Of a DNA stretch of 64,000 bases, positions 1-12,960 are shown in pieces. The stretch is taken from positions 3,038,001-3,102,000 of the forward strand of contig OZ249436.1 in the NCBI GenBank assembly GCA_965235115.1, written 5' to 3'. A model generated the notes under the pieces. It searched no databases and was not told the origin of the DNA. It saw only the letters and a program-made list of their open reading frames with translations. Position 1 is the first letter of the stretch, and each line of letters starts with the position of its first letter. Source of the stretch: Laetmonice hystrix (Eukaryota). The translations under genes were made by a program, and so were the position numbers.

Positions 1-143
1 TGTGTCAGCAGATGGCCAGGTACCATGTGTCAGCAGATGGCCAGGTACCTTGTGTCAGCAGATGGCCAGGTACCATGTGTCAGCAGATGGCCAGGTACCT
101 TGTGTCAGCAGATGGCCAGGTACCTTGTGTCAGCAGATGGCCA
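1..143. repeat. 25-bp tandem array (TGTGTCAGCAGATGGCCAGGTACC[A/T]), ~5.7 copies, cut by window start
   Basis: Unit recurs at 1, 26, 51, 76, 101, 126; explains ORFs 12..245 and 25..270. Confidence 0.95.
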
Positions 144-3100
144 TGTCCTGCAAACTACCCACATTATACATGTAGTGGGACAAACTGGGCGACCACTACC
201 CCAGAAACTGTTGGGAGGGTTCGGTACCACGGGCCGGACATCTAGGAAGTCATGGACATTAATATGCTGATACAAATGTATTAGCAGCCTTATATTTTGA
301 AGGTCCTAGATATATTGTGATAGTAGTGGCCGTTATAGGAAGTCCTAGATCTATGTTAATATTAGGAGCCTTACAGTATATTAAATTCTGAATATATTGT
401 TATAATAGTGCTCTTAGGTTTAGAAAGTCCCAGATACGATATCGCCACCGTGCCTTTCATGGGGCTAGTTTTGCAGCAAGACACTTCGCCAGTTGCCTAA
501 CACCTGGGAGCAATTTGGAATAGAAACTGGTGTATTTAACACATTTAATTAATAAATTAATTACATTTTTATTAATTACATTTTTATCATAGCATAGATT
601 TCCCATTGTCTAGTCTCAATGGGTAGAGTACAGTTGTGGGGTATACAAACCCACCCTTGGCAGGGTTTCTCTAAGTTCAGGTGAGACAACGGTTGCTCAA
701 AACCAGGTGGTTTAGTTTACCGGGAAGTTATGGTGTTGTTTTCAGTGATAGGGGTGGTAACACACCTGAGATAGGCCCACGGGTAGGGTAATAGAGAGAC
801 AGTGGGGTGTGGGGATGAACCCCCAACCCGACGGCTGTCCCACCCTCGCCACACGCCGGGGAGGTTCTGTGTCAACAGGTCACCCGGCCCTTTACCTCCC
901 ACATCTCCCGACAGATGGCGCTAGTTAACGGCAGCTCCCCTGGCGGCGGTGGAGGATACGGTGGCCTTTCCCCACGACCAGCGGCTCACAATTACAGGCG
1001 CGGAGAAACTACCATTTACTGCTAACGTGGCGTTTTAAACACCTGCCTTTTGTCTGCCACACCTGTATGAAATCATGGCGTTCAGAGTAGAATGAATGAC
1101 TAGGTTACATTTCAACTGGGTAATTGCAATTATCCCGGACATTAAGGGTTAAGTGCCCGTTTTAAGTTTTGATTTCTCAACATTACATGGCCCGTTGCCA
1201 CTGTTGGTCTGCACCTGGCTCCTGCTAACCGCTAGGTTCTTGAATTTCCATCTTCTGCCAGCCAAGGTGAAATCTTCCAGGAAAGGTCAAACATGTTTTG
1301 ACAACAGGTCACCGATAGTTGGGTATTGTCCACGGGCAGTGCCACCTGATATGTTTGACCACTTAACCGACCATATGGACCCGGGTAGGCCTATTTATAC
1401 AGCACTCCGGGCGGGCCCTTATTTTTTCGAATTATTTAACATAAATGTGAGCGGTGGTCTGCACATGATTGATGGCGACATGTAAAACTTAATGTGATCC
1501 CTTGAAGGCTCCAATAGAAGATCTACCCTTCCCTGCACCTTCACTTTAACAATGCCAAACCCCAGGAGCTCACAGGGGGGTTCTGCGGCTTGTACTCAGC
1601 CCCCTTGGACCATGCAGCGTTCCCATTTCCGAATGTCCAATGTTGGCTGGTATGCGGTCACGTCAGTCACACATCCGTCAATGCGGTCACAGTGACCGCT
1701 GGGTTTACTGTGTCCAGCTTGGTTCAATGGTCGGACACTCCGGACTTCTGATAGCATCGTACGGGCCACCTGGGGTCCACCATATGAGGACAGGGTGGAC
1801 CAGGGTCCCCCGACAGTGGGGTGGGGTGGGGGGCAGCACCTCTGAAGCTAACAGAATCTCAGCTTGATGAAAGCGAAGATAGGACCCCACTCCCACGTGG
1901 TGTGGAGTCCACGATTGGGGTCAGTGTCTGCCCCACAGCAGGTGCCCGCTCTCCTGGGTCGGGCGACTGGACATGGAGATGGAGGAAGTGGCACTGGTCA
2001 CTACCGGTCACTTTATCTCCATCGCCTAGGGTCAGTACCTCCTTATACACAGCACCTCACCATCGGCTCTCCCGTCCTTGGGACGGTCACCTGGTGGGAA
2101 ACAGTACTATCGCTACACCTGGCCAACGGGCACATCAAAAACAGGATGTCGAAAACAGTTTGTGAAGATTGAGACTTCATATATAATTCATTCCCGTACA
2201 CTTAGAAATGTTGTTGGCCATCTCAAAACGGCTACCACTAGTGTGGGGATGGGTCTTTGTGTGAGCAGACGTTGGGGAAGGTTAACAGACAAAGTAAAAG
2301 GTCACGGTTACCTGGGGTAACGAGCTTGGGGTAACATTTATTGCTGCTACCAGCAACCAAGGTTCTGATCAGGTCTGTTCAGGTCTGACAGCTGCTAATC
2401 TAAAGATGTTTGACGGAAAACCAATATTTTAGTTGTTAAATAGGAACAAAATACTTTCCATGAGAGGAAAATATCCAGCTGCAAAGCGACAAACCATCTC
2501 AGATTACTAGACAAGGTATATATCTTTGTTCCTATCAGGACGTGCGATTTGAACCATGCGAAAACTTTAACACAGTGAAGTTTTACTCTGTGCAAATAAT
2601 ATAGTCGCAATAACATGGCTTTAAAGGCTGGCATTGCGTTTTTAAGTACGGAGCCACGGAGCCATAAACAACTTAAGTCACCAATTGGCTGGTAGACCGA
2701 CCCAGGATAGAGGCTCTCAAATAGGGCCCAGAGGCGCTGCCTGGTGGCGAGATTGTGAACCAGTACCGGACTGGTGTTGATCCGTAACACTCAAACTCGA
2801 CCCGCAGCGCCTTGATCAAACACTACGGTGGCTCATGTGGACATAATAGTCAATGAAGGGAATCTAGTGCACTATTTAGGCAGAATGTATGGACGTTTTC
2901 GTTAACCCCACACCATAAAGGCTCGCTGCGATTTGCCTTTTTTTACGTTTAGTGGAGTCAGACATTACCAACAAAATCTGTTTCTGCAAGTTTCCTTGAA
3001 GCGTAAACGACAAAAAAAGGACTATAAATATTCAAATGAGCCGGTATGTCTTGTGTAGGACGCAGATATAGCCTGGTATATATTACGGTTGTATAATATT

Positions 3101-3534
3101 GCAGTGAATGAGCTTCAGTCGTTTTGCTATAGTGCAGTTTGTAAAGGCCTATAGATGTGTGCAGTGTGCCCAAAGTTATATGCCTTTATCCAGAAAATGT
3201 GTGCCCGCTATTATGCTGGGGTGAATAAGTTTAAGAGAGAGATTTTGAAGACACGGTATCCTAGATTTTTAAGTACTTTAGGCTTTCAGGTAAAGTGTTA
3301 GACTTGACAGAAAATGGTTGTCAACATAGACTGTAGGATTATAGCAACAGTTTCGGTATCTTTTTCACATGTTATCTTGTTCACGTCAGTGTTACCTTTT
3401 TTCAATATGGCAACTTTATCGTGTCCTGAGTATTGTTTAGTTTTAAATTATTTGGTATCAAGGTTGTCCTAGAATGACATATGATTAATCTGGCAGCCAT
3501 AAGTAATTTATGATAATTGCACTCTAACCGCTTT

Positions 3535-3693
3535 GATCTCAGACCTATTACTTCCGGTTACACGGCGTTCCTCCGATCTCAGACCTATTACTTCCGGTTA
3601 CACGGCGTTCCTCCGATCTCAGACCTATTACTTCCGGTTACACGGCGTTCCTCAGATCTCAGACCTATTACTTCCGGTTACACGGCGTTCCTC
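3535..3693. repeat. 40-bp tandem array x4
   Basis: GATCTCAGACCTATTACTTCCGGTTACACGGCGTTCCTCC at 3535, 3575, 3615, 3655. Confidence 0.95.
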
Positions 3694-3747
3694 TGTATCA
3701 ACAGATTTTGTTCGTTGACGAGAAAATAATCTTTTATAGATGATCTT

Positions 3748-4055
3748 TAATTTGTTCTTTGATGGTTCGGCCTGGATATATTGATGTAGTTACCGATATA
3801 CAGACCGTACCTGGAGGTCGTGTGTATTCTGTCGTGATGAGTGATTGTAAAGTGAATTAACTGGTTTCTACACGACCAGACGTCAGCCGGTAGATGTCAG
3901 TAATTTGTTCTTGGTTAGACCTGGATATATTGATGTAGCTACCGATATACAGACCGTACCTGGACGTCGTGTGTATTCTGTCGTGATGAGTGATTGTAAC
4001 GTGAATTAACTGGTTTCTACACGACCAGACGTCAGTCTGTAGATGTCAGTAATTT
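3748..4055. repeat. ~150-bp tandem duplication x2
   Basis: TAATTTGTTC...GTAGATGTCAG block starts at 3748 and 3901, with a few substitutions. Confidence 0.9.
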
Positions 4056-4471
4056 AGTGCTGCGATACTCAAGATGTCACGATGGATTGAGTCGGACCAC
4101 GGGACGTCCTTGGAGTTTCTTTGAGGTGTGACCGAACAAAATATGCTCGAGGGATCACATCGTTAGTGGTGACAGTCGGCACCAGGGGGCAGACGCCTCG
4201 AGTCGGGTCAGGTCACCAGGTGTCGCTAGGGGTCAGTTGTGAGTGCGTCCCCCGGTAGGAGCCGATTGAAGACTGCGTCTGGTCACTCAGCCAGGGATGA
4301 CCTCAGGCCGGTAAACTGACCCAGTCTCCTCGGAGGGAGACGTTGTCTCAGTCAAACCATTATATAGGTTCCTCTCTGACTTGTAACATTGAGTCTTTTA
4401 GGCAATTCAAGGAAATTAATTTTCAGTACGAGTAGGCCTAGATCTATGCCCCTTCAGCCTTTGTACCTGGG

Positions 4472-4720
4472 CCGAGTGGTCTAAGGTGTCGGCTCCATCA
4501 TGACACCTAGGACCATCGCCTCACACCGCTGCGACCCGGGTTCGATTCCCGGCCTGGGCTGCATGTGTGAAAGGTTTGTCAGTCAGTTCCTTCCCGAAGG
4601 TCGGTGGTTTCCTCCGGGTACTCCGGTTTCCTCCACCAAGAAAAACTGACTTTCATCTCATCTTCACCGCCGTGATATGACCCTGGCTGTTGCAAGGCGT
4701 AAAAACCCCAAATACCCTAC
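4472..4720 (+). mobile_element. tRNA-derived SINE with V/Meta-type central domain and 14-bp TSD
   Basis: A-box-like GCCGAGTGGTCTAAGG at the 5' end and B-box GGTTCGATTCC at 4539-4549. Central GGTTTCCTCCGGGTACTCCGGTTTCCTCC resembles the V-/Meta-SINE domain (recalled). Flanked by direct repeat CCTTTGTACCTGGG at 4458-4471 and 4721-4734. Confidence 0.85.
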
Positions 4721-4894
4721 CCTTTGTACCTGGGGGTAGAAGACTTAAGTAGGAGACTTAAGTAGGAGACTTAAGTTGAAGCAGAAACTTGAAGTTGATG
4801 TATGGACCACTTGATGAGAAAATATGATGTGAGAATGACGGTAATTAGGAGTTGTAGTAAAGCTATGTGAGGAGACCGCCCGGTGCGACTTGTT

Positions 4895-5146
4895 ACACAC
4901 AGTACAGGCGGTCACCACGCCCAGGGTCCGCGCTGTGGAGTTCCACACACAGTACAGGCGGTCACCACCCCTAGGGTCCGCGCTGTGAGGTTCCACACAC
5001 AGTACAGGCGGTCACCACGCCCAGGGTCCGCGCTGTGGAGTTCCACACACAGTACAGGCGGTCACCACCCCTAGGGTCCGCGCTGTGAGGTTCCACACAC
5101 AGTACAGGCGGTCACCACGCCCAGGGTCCGCGCTGTGGAGTCCACA
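4895..5146. repeat. 50-bp tandem array x5 with alternating A/B variants
   Basis: CACACAGTACAGGCGGTCACCAC[GCCC/CCCT]AGGGTCCGCGCTGTG[GAG/AGG]TTCCA; units alternate A-B-A-B-A. Confidence 0.93.
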
Positions 5147-7560
5147 CTGATGGACCTGCACATTTTAAGTCATTAAAGACATTATAATACATCCTTTCTG
5201 ACAGATTGCAATGTCGTTATTTTATTGCTGAATATCTTGTGAAGTGTTTGCTGACAGGTCTCATGCTGGTAAGCTCCTGGCGTTACCTTGACGGGTGACC
5301 ATTGATAGTGTCCACGGCCCTGTCCATCCTATAGTCTGAATAAAGTCATCTTATTGTTCCAATAGTCACCAGGTCCAGCTGGTCAGAACTGACCAGTGAC
5401 CACACAGTAGACATGGGGTCGTAGACCCGCCCCCACAGCACGACCCGCGGGGGATGACCACGCTATTCCTCAACCCAAAGAAACCAAGGGGCACTTTTTC
5501 ATATACAACTACACTAAGAGTGGTACATTTTTTTTTAATTTCAAAAACCAAACAGGATTTTATTTTGGTCACATGGGTCTTGAGAAAATCTGCTGAACTA
5601 ACTTTAAAAAAAGCCATAGCGGCCCCCCTCCGGTATTGAGTGGCCCGGGTCAGTTAGTGTAATGGGGACACTTGGTTCGGTGATTTGTTCTGGCCTATTT
5701 AAAGTTCCCCTGGGGAGATGATTTTTACTTTCTCCATTTACTGAGTCTAGCAATTACCACGCCCATACGTGTCATATATTTGGTAAGTGTCGCTGCAGGT
5801 TATTGAGCAGTTCCAACGCGACAGTAAAGACCTATAGCGGGTTTACGTTGAATGAATTAAATATTCATTAAACTCGGCAAAAATAATTATAAATTGACTG
5901 GTGGTCAGAGGCGAACATTGACCTGAAGTTGGAGGCGAATGTTTGGTAAGTTTTTTTCTGGGGGTCATTCAGTTCACTGTGCTTCACTGATGATCATGCC
6001 TGAGAAATACCCCACCTGGCCCCCTCAACAATACACCCTCATACCCAACCCCATCCCCAGTATCTCACCCCTACCCCGTTATCCAGTCTCATCAATATTC
6101 ATATGTTACTGTAACCTGAGAAAAAGAAACCCTAAAAGCCGTTTTCCTTGAAAAACGATTGTGTTTGGGTTGTAAACCGAGTGCTCAGTGTGGCCGGCCA
6201 GTGTGGGCAGGGTGGGGAGTAGTCTGAGTACACAGGGGATTACCGGCGGGTGGGATTACCAGGGAGATTACCGGTGACGGGTTGGATTACCATTGTGATT
6301 ACCGGTGATGGGGTGGACTGAGATAATCCCCTTACACACCAGGTTTAGTCAGGTGACAGGCACCTCGCTGAGGTCAGGGATTCTTTCAAAGGTCACACCT
6401 CTAATCTGCTTGGTTCCTGCTTAGTGTCAAATCACCCGGTTTTAATCTGTCAAACCCGTCTCAATGTAATTCTTGTCACTTTAGACAAGCTCCTAGGGGG
6501 GGGGGGGGGTGAATCGTACCTGATACGTTCAGGTACAACGATTATTGCACTGTTCAAAATTCATATGGTGACATCCTCAAAACATTTATCCCACTTCGTG
6601 CACTATTGATAGTTGCGTACACTCCTTATTGACAGTTGGGTGTAGACTCTCTACTCCTTATTGATATTTGAGTGCATTACGGTTGATAGCCCTTACCTTG
6701 GGCTATTGAAGGAGTTAATGAGGCAGGACTAGGTAGGACTTCCCAAGGTCAACTGGACAGTGGTCAGAGGAGATGACCCCTAGTCCGAGCGGTCAGTGGT
6801 TTTCAACAGTAGCAGTTGTAGGCCCTGGAGCCTGGTAGGAAATACCCTGGTCAAGGTTGTCCAGCATTGTGTGGGGTTGACAAACGACCAGGTCACCCGC
6901 CCCCAGACAATTGTCTTGTTACCCTCTGACGGGGTATTTACCCTCCCCTGTCGTCATCTTTCACTGACTGGACAGTCCGGCTAGGTCAGGGTACGTGAAC
7001 TGCCCCCCACACACTGGAAAACACCCCCGCGGGGTAACAACCCAAACCCTTGAATTATTTCATTAGGGGTTAGAAGGTGGCGACGGTTTGTTAGTGTCTG
7101 TGACCGGGGTGGCGGTAGTATGCCCGGTTACCCCCACTACCACATTCACACTTCCGTTAATTAACATGGACAGCCCACCAGTTAACTGTTCGCACATCAA
7201 ACCGTGGACACACCTTCGGTTTGTGTAAATGAAACTAGGAAGTTTTCTGTTTATACGAGGGGAGAAAACGCCATAACAATTTTCTCATTGATTCTTGTCT
7301 TCTGTTATCGTGGAATAGATCTATGTACCTCTACAGTTTCCCGCTAGGCGGCTGGAACTTGACACTAGGGGGCAGCACGGCACAGCCGTGATCAGTATTA
7401 GAACCCGCCAGTATTAACCCTAACCCTAAACAATATTATTCACAAGGAAACAAAAAGTCGAACCCTCAGCCTCAGATATTATCTATTAAACCAGATTTGT
7501 ACGAACATTTGGTATTTGAATAATGATCTCATAGAATGTGTTTCTGTTGTCGTGTTCCAG

Positions 7561-7802
7561 GAGAGAAGACGTCCCTCTTTAACAAGATTTTCGGGCGTGG
7601 TAAGACGCGCCGGACCACCAATGCCGAGGTGGTCGGGGAGGATGGGGAGGAGGAGGAGGATGGGGAGGAGGCGAAGGTAGAGGTGGAGTATGCCACCTTC
7701 TCCGCCCAGTTCCCACCACCAGAGTGGGCGTGGTACGAGTCCCAGGTGACGTCATTAATGGGACGCCAACTCCCACGCTCTCACACTTGGCATCACATGC
7801 AG
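7561..7802 (+). CDS. STOX1/2: Storkhead-box protein, penultimate coding exon
   Basis: Acceptor TTCCAG at 7555-7560 and donor GTAAGT at 7803. Encodes SLFNKIFGRGKTRR...YATFSAQFPPPEW, matching the recalled STOX motif FSAQFPP(E/P)EW that follows the winged-helix domain. Ends in phase 0. Confidence 0.85.
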
Positions 7803-8078
7803 GTAAGTCACCAACAGGCCTTCTTTCTGCGACAACTTAGGGGGGTCTGGTGTAAAGAACAGCTTGGCCACGTTAAGATTTGACTTTTAAGCTTAGGCCT
7901 ATAGGCTTAACGTTTCTGATTCGCTGGTTGCCACAGACCATTGAAAAGATTTTGTAGATTGCTAAATTGTCAGGGGACACACACGTTAGTGACAATATTT
8001 TTATTTTACAATTCTATACCGGTGGGGGGGAAATACTGGTTCTTTTGTATCTGAAAATCCCAGTTCTTTGTGTGAAAG

Positions 8079-8293
8079 TATGATGTTTTGTATCTGAGTG
8101 TTATTTTGAATCCCAGTTCTTGGTGTGAAAGTTAATACCGAAATGTTATGATGTTTTGTATCTGAGTGTTATTTTAAATCCCAGTTCTTGGTGTGAAAGT
8201 TAATACCGAAATGTTATGATGTTTTGTATCTGAGTATTATTTTAAATCCCAGTTCTTGGTGTGAAAGTTAATACCGAAATGTTATGATGTTTT
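8079..8293. repeat. 68-bp tandem array x~3.2 abutting the STOX acceptor
   Basis: TATGATGTTTT recurs at 8079, 8147, 8215, 8283; the last partial unit ends in the acceptor AG. Confidence 0.92.
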
Positions 8294-8296
8294 TAG

Positions 8297-10057
8297 GGGT
8301 TGCCACGATTTGACGTCGCCACTCAAAGTGACTGTGATGACGAGGACTACATGACACCGCTGGCGTTACCTAGCAACATGAACGGTTTCAACGAATCAGA
8401 TCACCTCCAGCTCCCGCTGACGTCACGACAGCGGAGTTCGTCCTCCCACTCGTACGAAAGTCGTTCCTCCTCGCACGACGTTCCTGCTCCGACAGTGTTA
8501 GCATCGAAACACGACGTGAGGGAGGCCAAGACGGGCAGGTCAAAACATAAACATCGTAATGATTCCAAGACCCGTCGGCACAGCCACAGACAGCACAGTC
8601 AGCACAAACATAACGTCACCAATCAACATGATCGGGATGATGGCGAGGAGAACGGTCACATCTACTGTGAACCGGCCAGTCCACGAAACCCATACTCATA
8701 CAATCCACAGTATCAGGATTCTGAGACGCCGGACAGTCACGTGAGAGGGGCCAGGAGGAAACAATCCCAGCCACAGGTGGAAGAGGACAGACTGGCTCTG
8801 AACATCCCGAGTTATCTGAACGGTCCACCTCTCAACAACTCACTCAGGGCAGACAGCAGTATCCACACTAAACCACAGTCAAGTCCTCGACCCCGGCACG
8901 GTCACCGTCACAGTCGATACAAGGACCTTCCTTGTCCCACCATCTACGGTAACGATATCAGCATTGAGTATAACGGCAAGATGCCTAGACGTAACACGAT
9001 GTACTCACTCTCCAGGGACAGTGGTGTCAACTGTGTGGGGCTAGCCGACACTAGTGGCGCCCTCCAGTCGGCCAAGGAGAAACGATTGTCCGGGTTGAAC
9101 GTTTTGAACAATCAGACTGGTTGTGCGTCCAGACCGGTAGGTGGCAGCAGTAGCGCTACCAATCTGAACAACCAGACTCGGTCACGTTTTGACACGAGCC
9201 TTGTGAGGCAGTCAGTCCATGGCCAGGGAGGCAATGAGTATGTGTCCCACTCACATCAAGACTCAGGGTTCAGCTCGCCACGGACAGACAATGAGTTTGC
9301 AGCTCATAACGTGAGCTCAGACCTCTTCAATTCCCTTCCCTTGGCCTCTCCCCCGTCAAACCCACTCTCTCAGGAAGCGGGATACAATGGACAGTTTAAT
9401 AGTTTCAGGTTGGCCAGTGGCAAGGAGAACTCCATTGAAAGAAAGCCACAAGGAAATGTACAAAAAACTAGTGAGTCGGGCCCTAGTAAAGACAAGGAGA
9501 ACTGGCTCCGACACCCTGCCGTATCAGTGGAGAGCATTCCAATCACTAGTTCAGAGAAATACCCGTCCTACGGACACTTACACTCATACGATGAGCGAGA
9601 TACCAACACAACTACCAGTAGTTCCAAGTCCAGTTCGAGTAAAGCGACCGTTTTAGAGCGTCGATGTAGAAATGACAGTCCGAATACACCAGTCAGCCAT
9701 GCCCCAAGGTCAAAGAGCAAAGGTTACGTGTCACAGGATCCACCGGCGTCAATCTCAGTGAACGAGTCGCCATATATGGAGATACAACTGCTTCCGGAAT
9801 GTCCTCTCCATGGCGACCAGAATCCTACGTCACGAAACTTGACCAATCAAAAGGAGGAGTTATCCAAACGTCATTCCAACGGGAAGCACCACACAGGGCA
9901 GTGGGACCACCACCGGTCGACAGGGCACCGCTACCACAGTAGTGGTGGCGACCCAGGCGCTAGGAAGGTGTTGGAAGTCGCCAATAGGGGGCAGCATGGA
10001 GCATCCGACCCTCGTCTTGCCTTTCTTGGAGACTGTGAAGTTGTGGGAATTGTGTAA
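8297..10057 (+). CDS. STOX1/2: Storkhead-box protein, large terminal coding exon (586 aa + stop; Ser/His/Arg-rich, low complexity)
   Basis: Acceptor TTTTTAG ends at 8296, in phase with the previous exon. Uninterrupted non-repetitive ORF containing DSGFSSPRT, like DSGFNSPR of vertebrate STOX1/2 (recalled). Stop TAA at 10055-10057. Confidence 0.85.
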   Translation, partial: GLPRFDVATQSDCDDEDYMTPLALPSNMNGFNESDHLQLPLTSRQRSSSSHSYESRSSSHDVPAPTVLASKHDVREAKTGRSKHKHRNDSKTRRHSHRQHSQHKHNVTNQHDRDDGEENGHIYCEPASPRNPYSYNPQYQDSETPDSHVRGARRKQSQPQVEEDRLALNIPSYLNGPPLNNSLRADSSIHTKPQSSPRPRHGHRHSRYKDLPCPTIYGNDISIEYNGKMPRRNTMYSLSRDSGVNCVGLADTSGALQSAKEKRLSGLNVLNNQTGCASRPVGGSSSATNLNNQTRSRFDTSLVRQSVHGQGGNEYVSHSHQDSGFSSPRTDNEFAAHNVSSDLFNSLPLASPPSNPLSQEAGYNGQFNSFRLASGKENSIERKPQGNVQKTSESGPSKDKENWLRHPAVSVESIPITSSEKYPSYGHLHSYDERDTNTTTSSSKSSSSKATVLERRCRNDSPNTPVSHAPRSKSKGYVSQDPPASISVNESPYMEIQLLPECPLHGDQNPTSRNLTNQKEELSKRHSNGKHHTGQWDHHRSTGHRYHSSGGDPGARKVLEVANRGQHGASDPRLAFLGDCEVVGIV

Positions 10058-10802
10058 AAAGTCGACATAGGCTTGAATTTCTCAGACGCTACAATACAAT
10101 TTCCTTGAATTAATCGATATAGGTACCACTATCATGAATTGTGTACATATATCGGCTAGCAATAAACCTGAGTTCAATCAGGGTTGTTAGTATATGTTAA
10201 ACACTAAAAGTATGCCTTAAAAAACTAAAACAAAACACTCAATATGAAAGTACACCAGGTAGCAGCACCAATATAGGTGGCAGCACAGGTTTCAAACCTG
10301 CTTTCAAACACCATGTACACCTTCTAGATGTCACAAAGTTAAAGACGGTGCTTTACGAAATACATAATACATATTCTGTCATTTCTACTGTACATGGTTA
10401 CACTGCTGGGTACATCAGTGGGTGTTTGGTCAGTCCTGATATAAATGAAATGTATATATAAATATCGCGTTCACAAAAGGATGATCTGTAGCTGTAGTCT
10501 ATTTCACATTGAAACTGGCTCACTTTCTTTGTATATATTGTAAACTAGTTAAGCTCTTTTTGTTTTCTTGATCAAATTTATCTTTATCTAAGGCGTTTTG
10601 TTTCTTAAACTTGATGTAATTTATGTTTCGTAATCTGCTTGGCCTTTATTGTAGTATTTATTGTGAAAGCAGTTGTAGGAGATCGGAGAGCACCTGATGT
10701 ATTTATATCGTCAACTCTACCCAATAAATCCTGCAACTTATAAACAGATATCTTTGTCTTGCTGAGTTCTTGGTCGTCGATGATAAATCCTCTAGACGTT
10801 AA

Positions 10803-11142
10803 AGGTGCTATTCGTGAACAAAAATTCATTTTTTTTATTTTTAATTTTGTTGACGTTTATGTGATCCCACCTATCATGGAAATAGATTCACAACAAAGGA
10901 AATCAAAATTTTTCATGGATAACGGCACAAATGGGGCTCTCTCAGAAGGCCTGGGGAGACCCTGACACGCCTCACCATAGGAAATGGCTCTATCTCGGTG
11001 CGCACCGAGATAGGTTTCAAATGCTGCACACAAACTAATAGAAGGTTTATCAGGCCAATGGTATCGGTAGGAATTTTTTCTAGTACTATGTGCACAATGT
11101 ATGATAGGAGATATGCCATTCTGTGCGAGACGAATAGCACCT
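10803..11142. mobile_element. Putative non-autonomous DNA transposon (Kolobok-like MITE)
   Basis: 13-bp terminal inverted repeat (TIR) AGGTGCTATTCGT / ACGAATAGCACCT, with TTAA on the left and TATA on the right. AGG termini with TTAA sites are typical of Kolobok. Confidence 0.55.
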
Positions 11143-12299
11143 TATATAAGCAGTCGTTCAGTCAGACCAGTTTGTAAACACACTGTACCAAACAAAGTAT
11201 GTACCGGTGGTGACAATGCCTTTGCCCAGCAGTACAGTGGGTAAACTCAGAGTGAAGTTTCTTCCTTATTCCACTGGTAGGAGTGGCGACCAGGTGTGGC
11301 TGATGTGTCAGGAAAGTGTTACCTGAGTTTTTTTCAAAGTATCAACAAGGTGTTGTCAAAATGTTAACAGGAGTCCAGATTAGAGCTTTTGCCTGAGATA
11401 ACACCTGGATAATCCAGGCGTATAGTTAACTGTCATATTTGACCTCACCCATTATATATCTTCATGACTGTCGACTTGTCGGCTATTTGTCTTATTAGTC
11501 CGTGCTCCTATAAACGTGACGTAACTTACACCCCCACGCACTGGAAACGGAGACGAGAAGTACATTATTATAGGGGCTCCATTCTTGTCTTCTGCTCATG
11601 TCGAATGAAGCAAGACTCGGCCCACATCGGCGGGTGGGGGGATTTATTGGACATTGATGCAAGTGGGATTAATATACTTTACACGGTTAACGCCGCCAGG
11701 GGGCTGGACCCTCGCCCCTAGCGGCAATTTGCCAACCCCGGAAATTTCTTATTATTGTGGAGCATCGAGTACGTTTTAGATCGGGGGGGGGGGGGGGGTA
11801 ATAAAATGGTTACTTTACCCAAATTAAGATCGAAAACAGAGGTTAGGAGATCCAGCAAACTTTCTTTAGAATCTAATATATTAGTGCCTGGGTCTGCCAC
11901 CAGCTGGTAGCCATGACTTACAGAATGTTGGTGACAACATAAGTTTCACAACGCCGATGGATTTTGTTTTATTAAGTAAAATGAATAAATCGTGTATTAC
12001 ACTAAAGGTGTACATAAAAAACCATTATCACGTTAACAATCAGGAAGTTAATGATACAAAACCAAAACCTGAAGAAGAAAAGATGAACCTCTTCTATCCG
12101 GTGCCAATGGTAGACTACAGGTGCCTCCAAATCTCCCCCCCCCCCGGTCTAGTCACTTCACACATATATACCGCCATCCAACGTTCAAAATATTCACTCC
12201 AAGGATAGCTAATAGGTAACCGTAGTTTTGAATCGGGCCTATAGATTCGCCTCTAGTATTTGGAGGGCGACTGAGAATGTCATATAATTATATCAGATC

Positions 12300-12720
12300 A
12301 ATCAATATAATTAACAACAGCAACATAACTACGTGTTAGTCATGATTGATATGTTTAAAACGAGAAGATCACAATGTTCGAACTTGAAACTTTCATTAAT
12401 TCATCGGCAAAACGTAGACCCGCTGGTGATGACAAAACTGTGTGAATATTGAAAGTTTGTCAGTCGCTGAGATATCAGGGATGTGAGTTCTACGTCGATG
12501 TATCCGTGCAAAACATCGAGCAACTTGTAGATGTACAACTGCTGGCCTCTCCTTGACAACGAGCTCTATCAAAGGCTACCAAGATTATCATAATCTTCAT
12601 GGATTACAAATCATTCAGTTTATAATCTTGATCACAGATTCCTCGTGTCAGATAATAGTACTCAGATTTTCACACATTCTATTAGTTCATCCAAGGTGAT
12701 AATGACGATATGACGTCGGT
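12300..12720 (-). mobile_element. Highly decayed CR1/L2-type LINE 3' remnant
   Basis: Minus-strand translation with stops gives DNLGSL**SSLSRRGQQLYIYKLLDVLHGYIDVELT, resembling the recalled C-terminal motif LGWxSLxxRR...YKILHGxVD of CR1/L2 ORF2. Confidence 0.4.
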
Positions 12721-12733
12721 GGTGACGGGCCCA

Positions 12734-12960
12734 TGTTACACGACCGACCCGCGCCGTCACGTCACAGTGACGTCACAGTGACGTCACGTTACACGACCGC
12801 CGACCGACCCGCGCCATCACGTCACGTCATGTTACACGACCGGCGACCGACCCGCGCCGTCACGTCACAGTCACGTCACAGTCACGTCACGTCACGTTAC
12901 ACGACCGGCGACCGACCCGCGCCGTCACGTCACAGTTGTCCATGGCAACTGACCAATCAC
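12734..12960. promoter_or_regulatory. CpG-rich composite repeat carrying CRE, X-box-like and CCAAT motifs
   Basis: TGACGTCA at 12768 and 12779 plus many CGTCA half-sites; GTTGTCCATGGCAAC at 12935-12949; CCAAT at 12953. The repeat is certain; the regulatory role is inferred. Confidence 0.4.

Noticed and set aside
1153-3173. Cluster of 60-130 aa ORFs, possibly a decayed element or STOX upstream exons
   Set aside because: No recognisable motif in any frame that I translated; cannot be supported
4468-4552. tRNA gene
   Set aside because: A and B boxes are present but there is no closed cloverleaf; it continues into a SINE body with a TSD
6580-6630. KTFIPLRALLIV as the start of the STOX winged helix (QFIPLGE motif)
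   Set aside because: Only four residues match, a stop follows shortly, and the rest of the domain is absent
7413-7430. Telomere-like TAACCC repeats
   Set aside because: Only two units; too short to call
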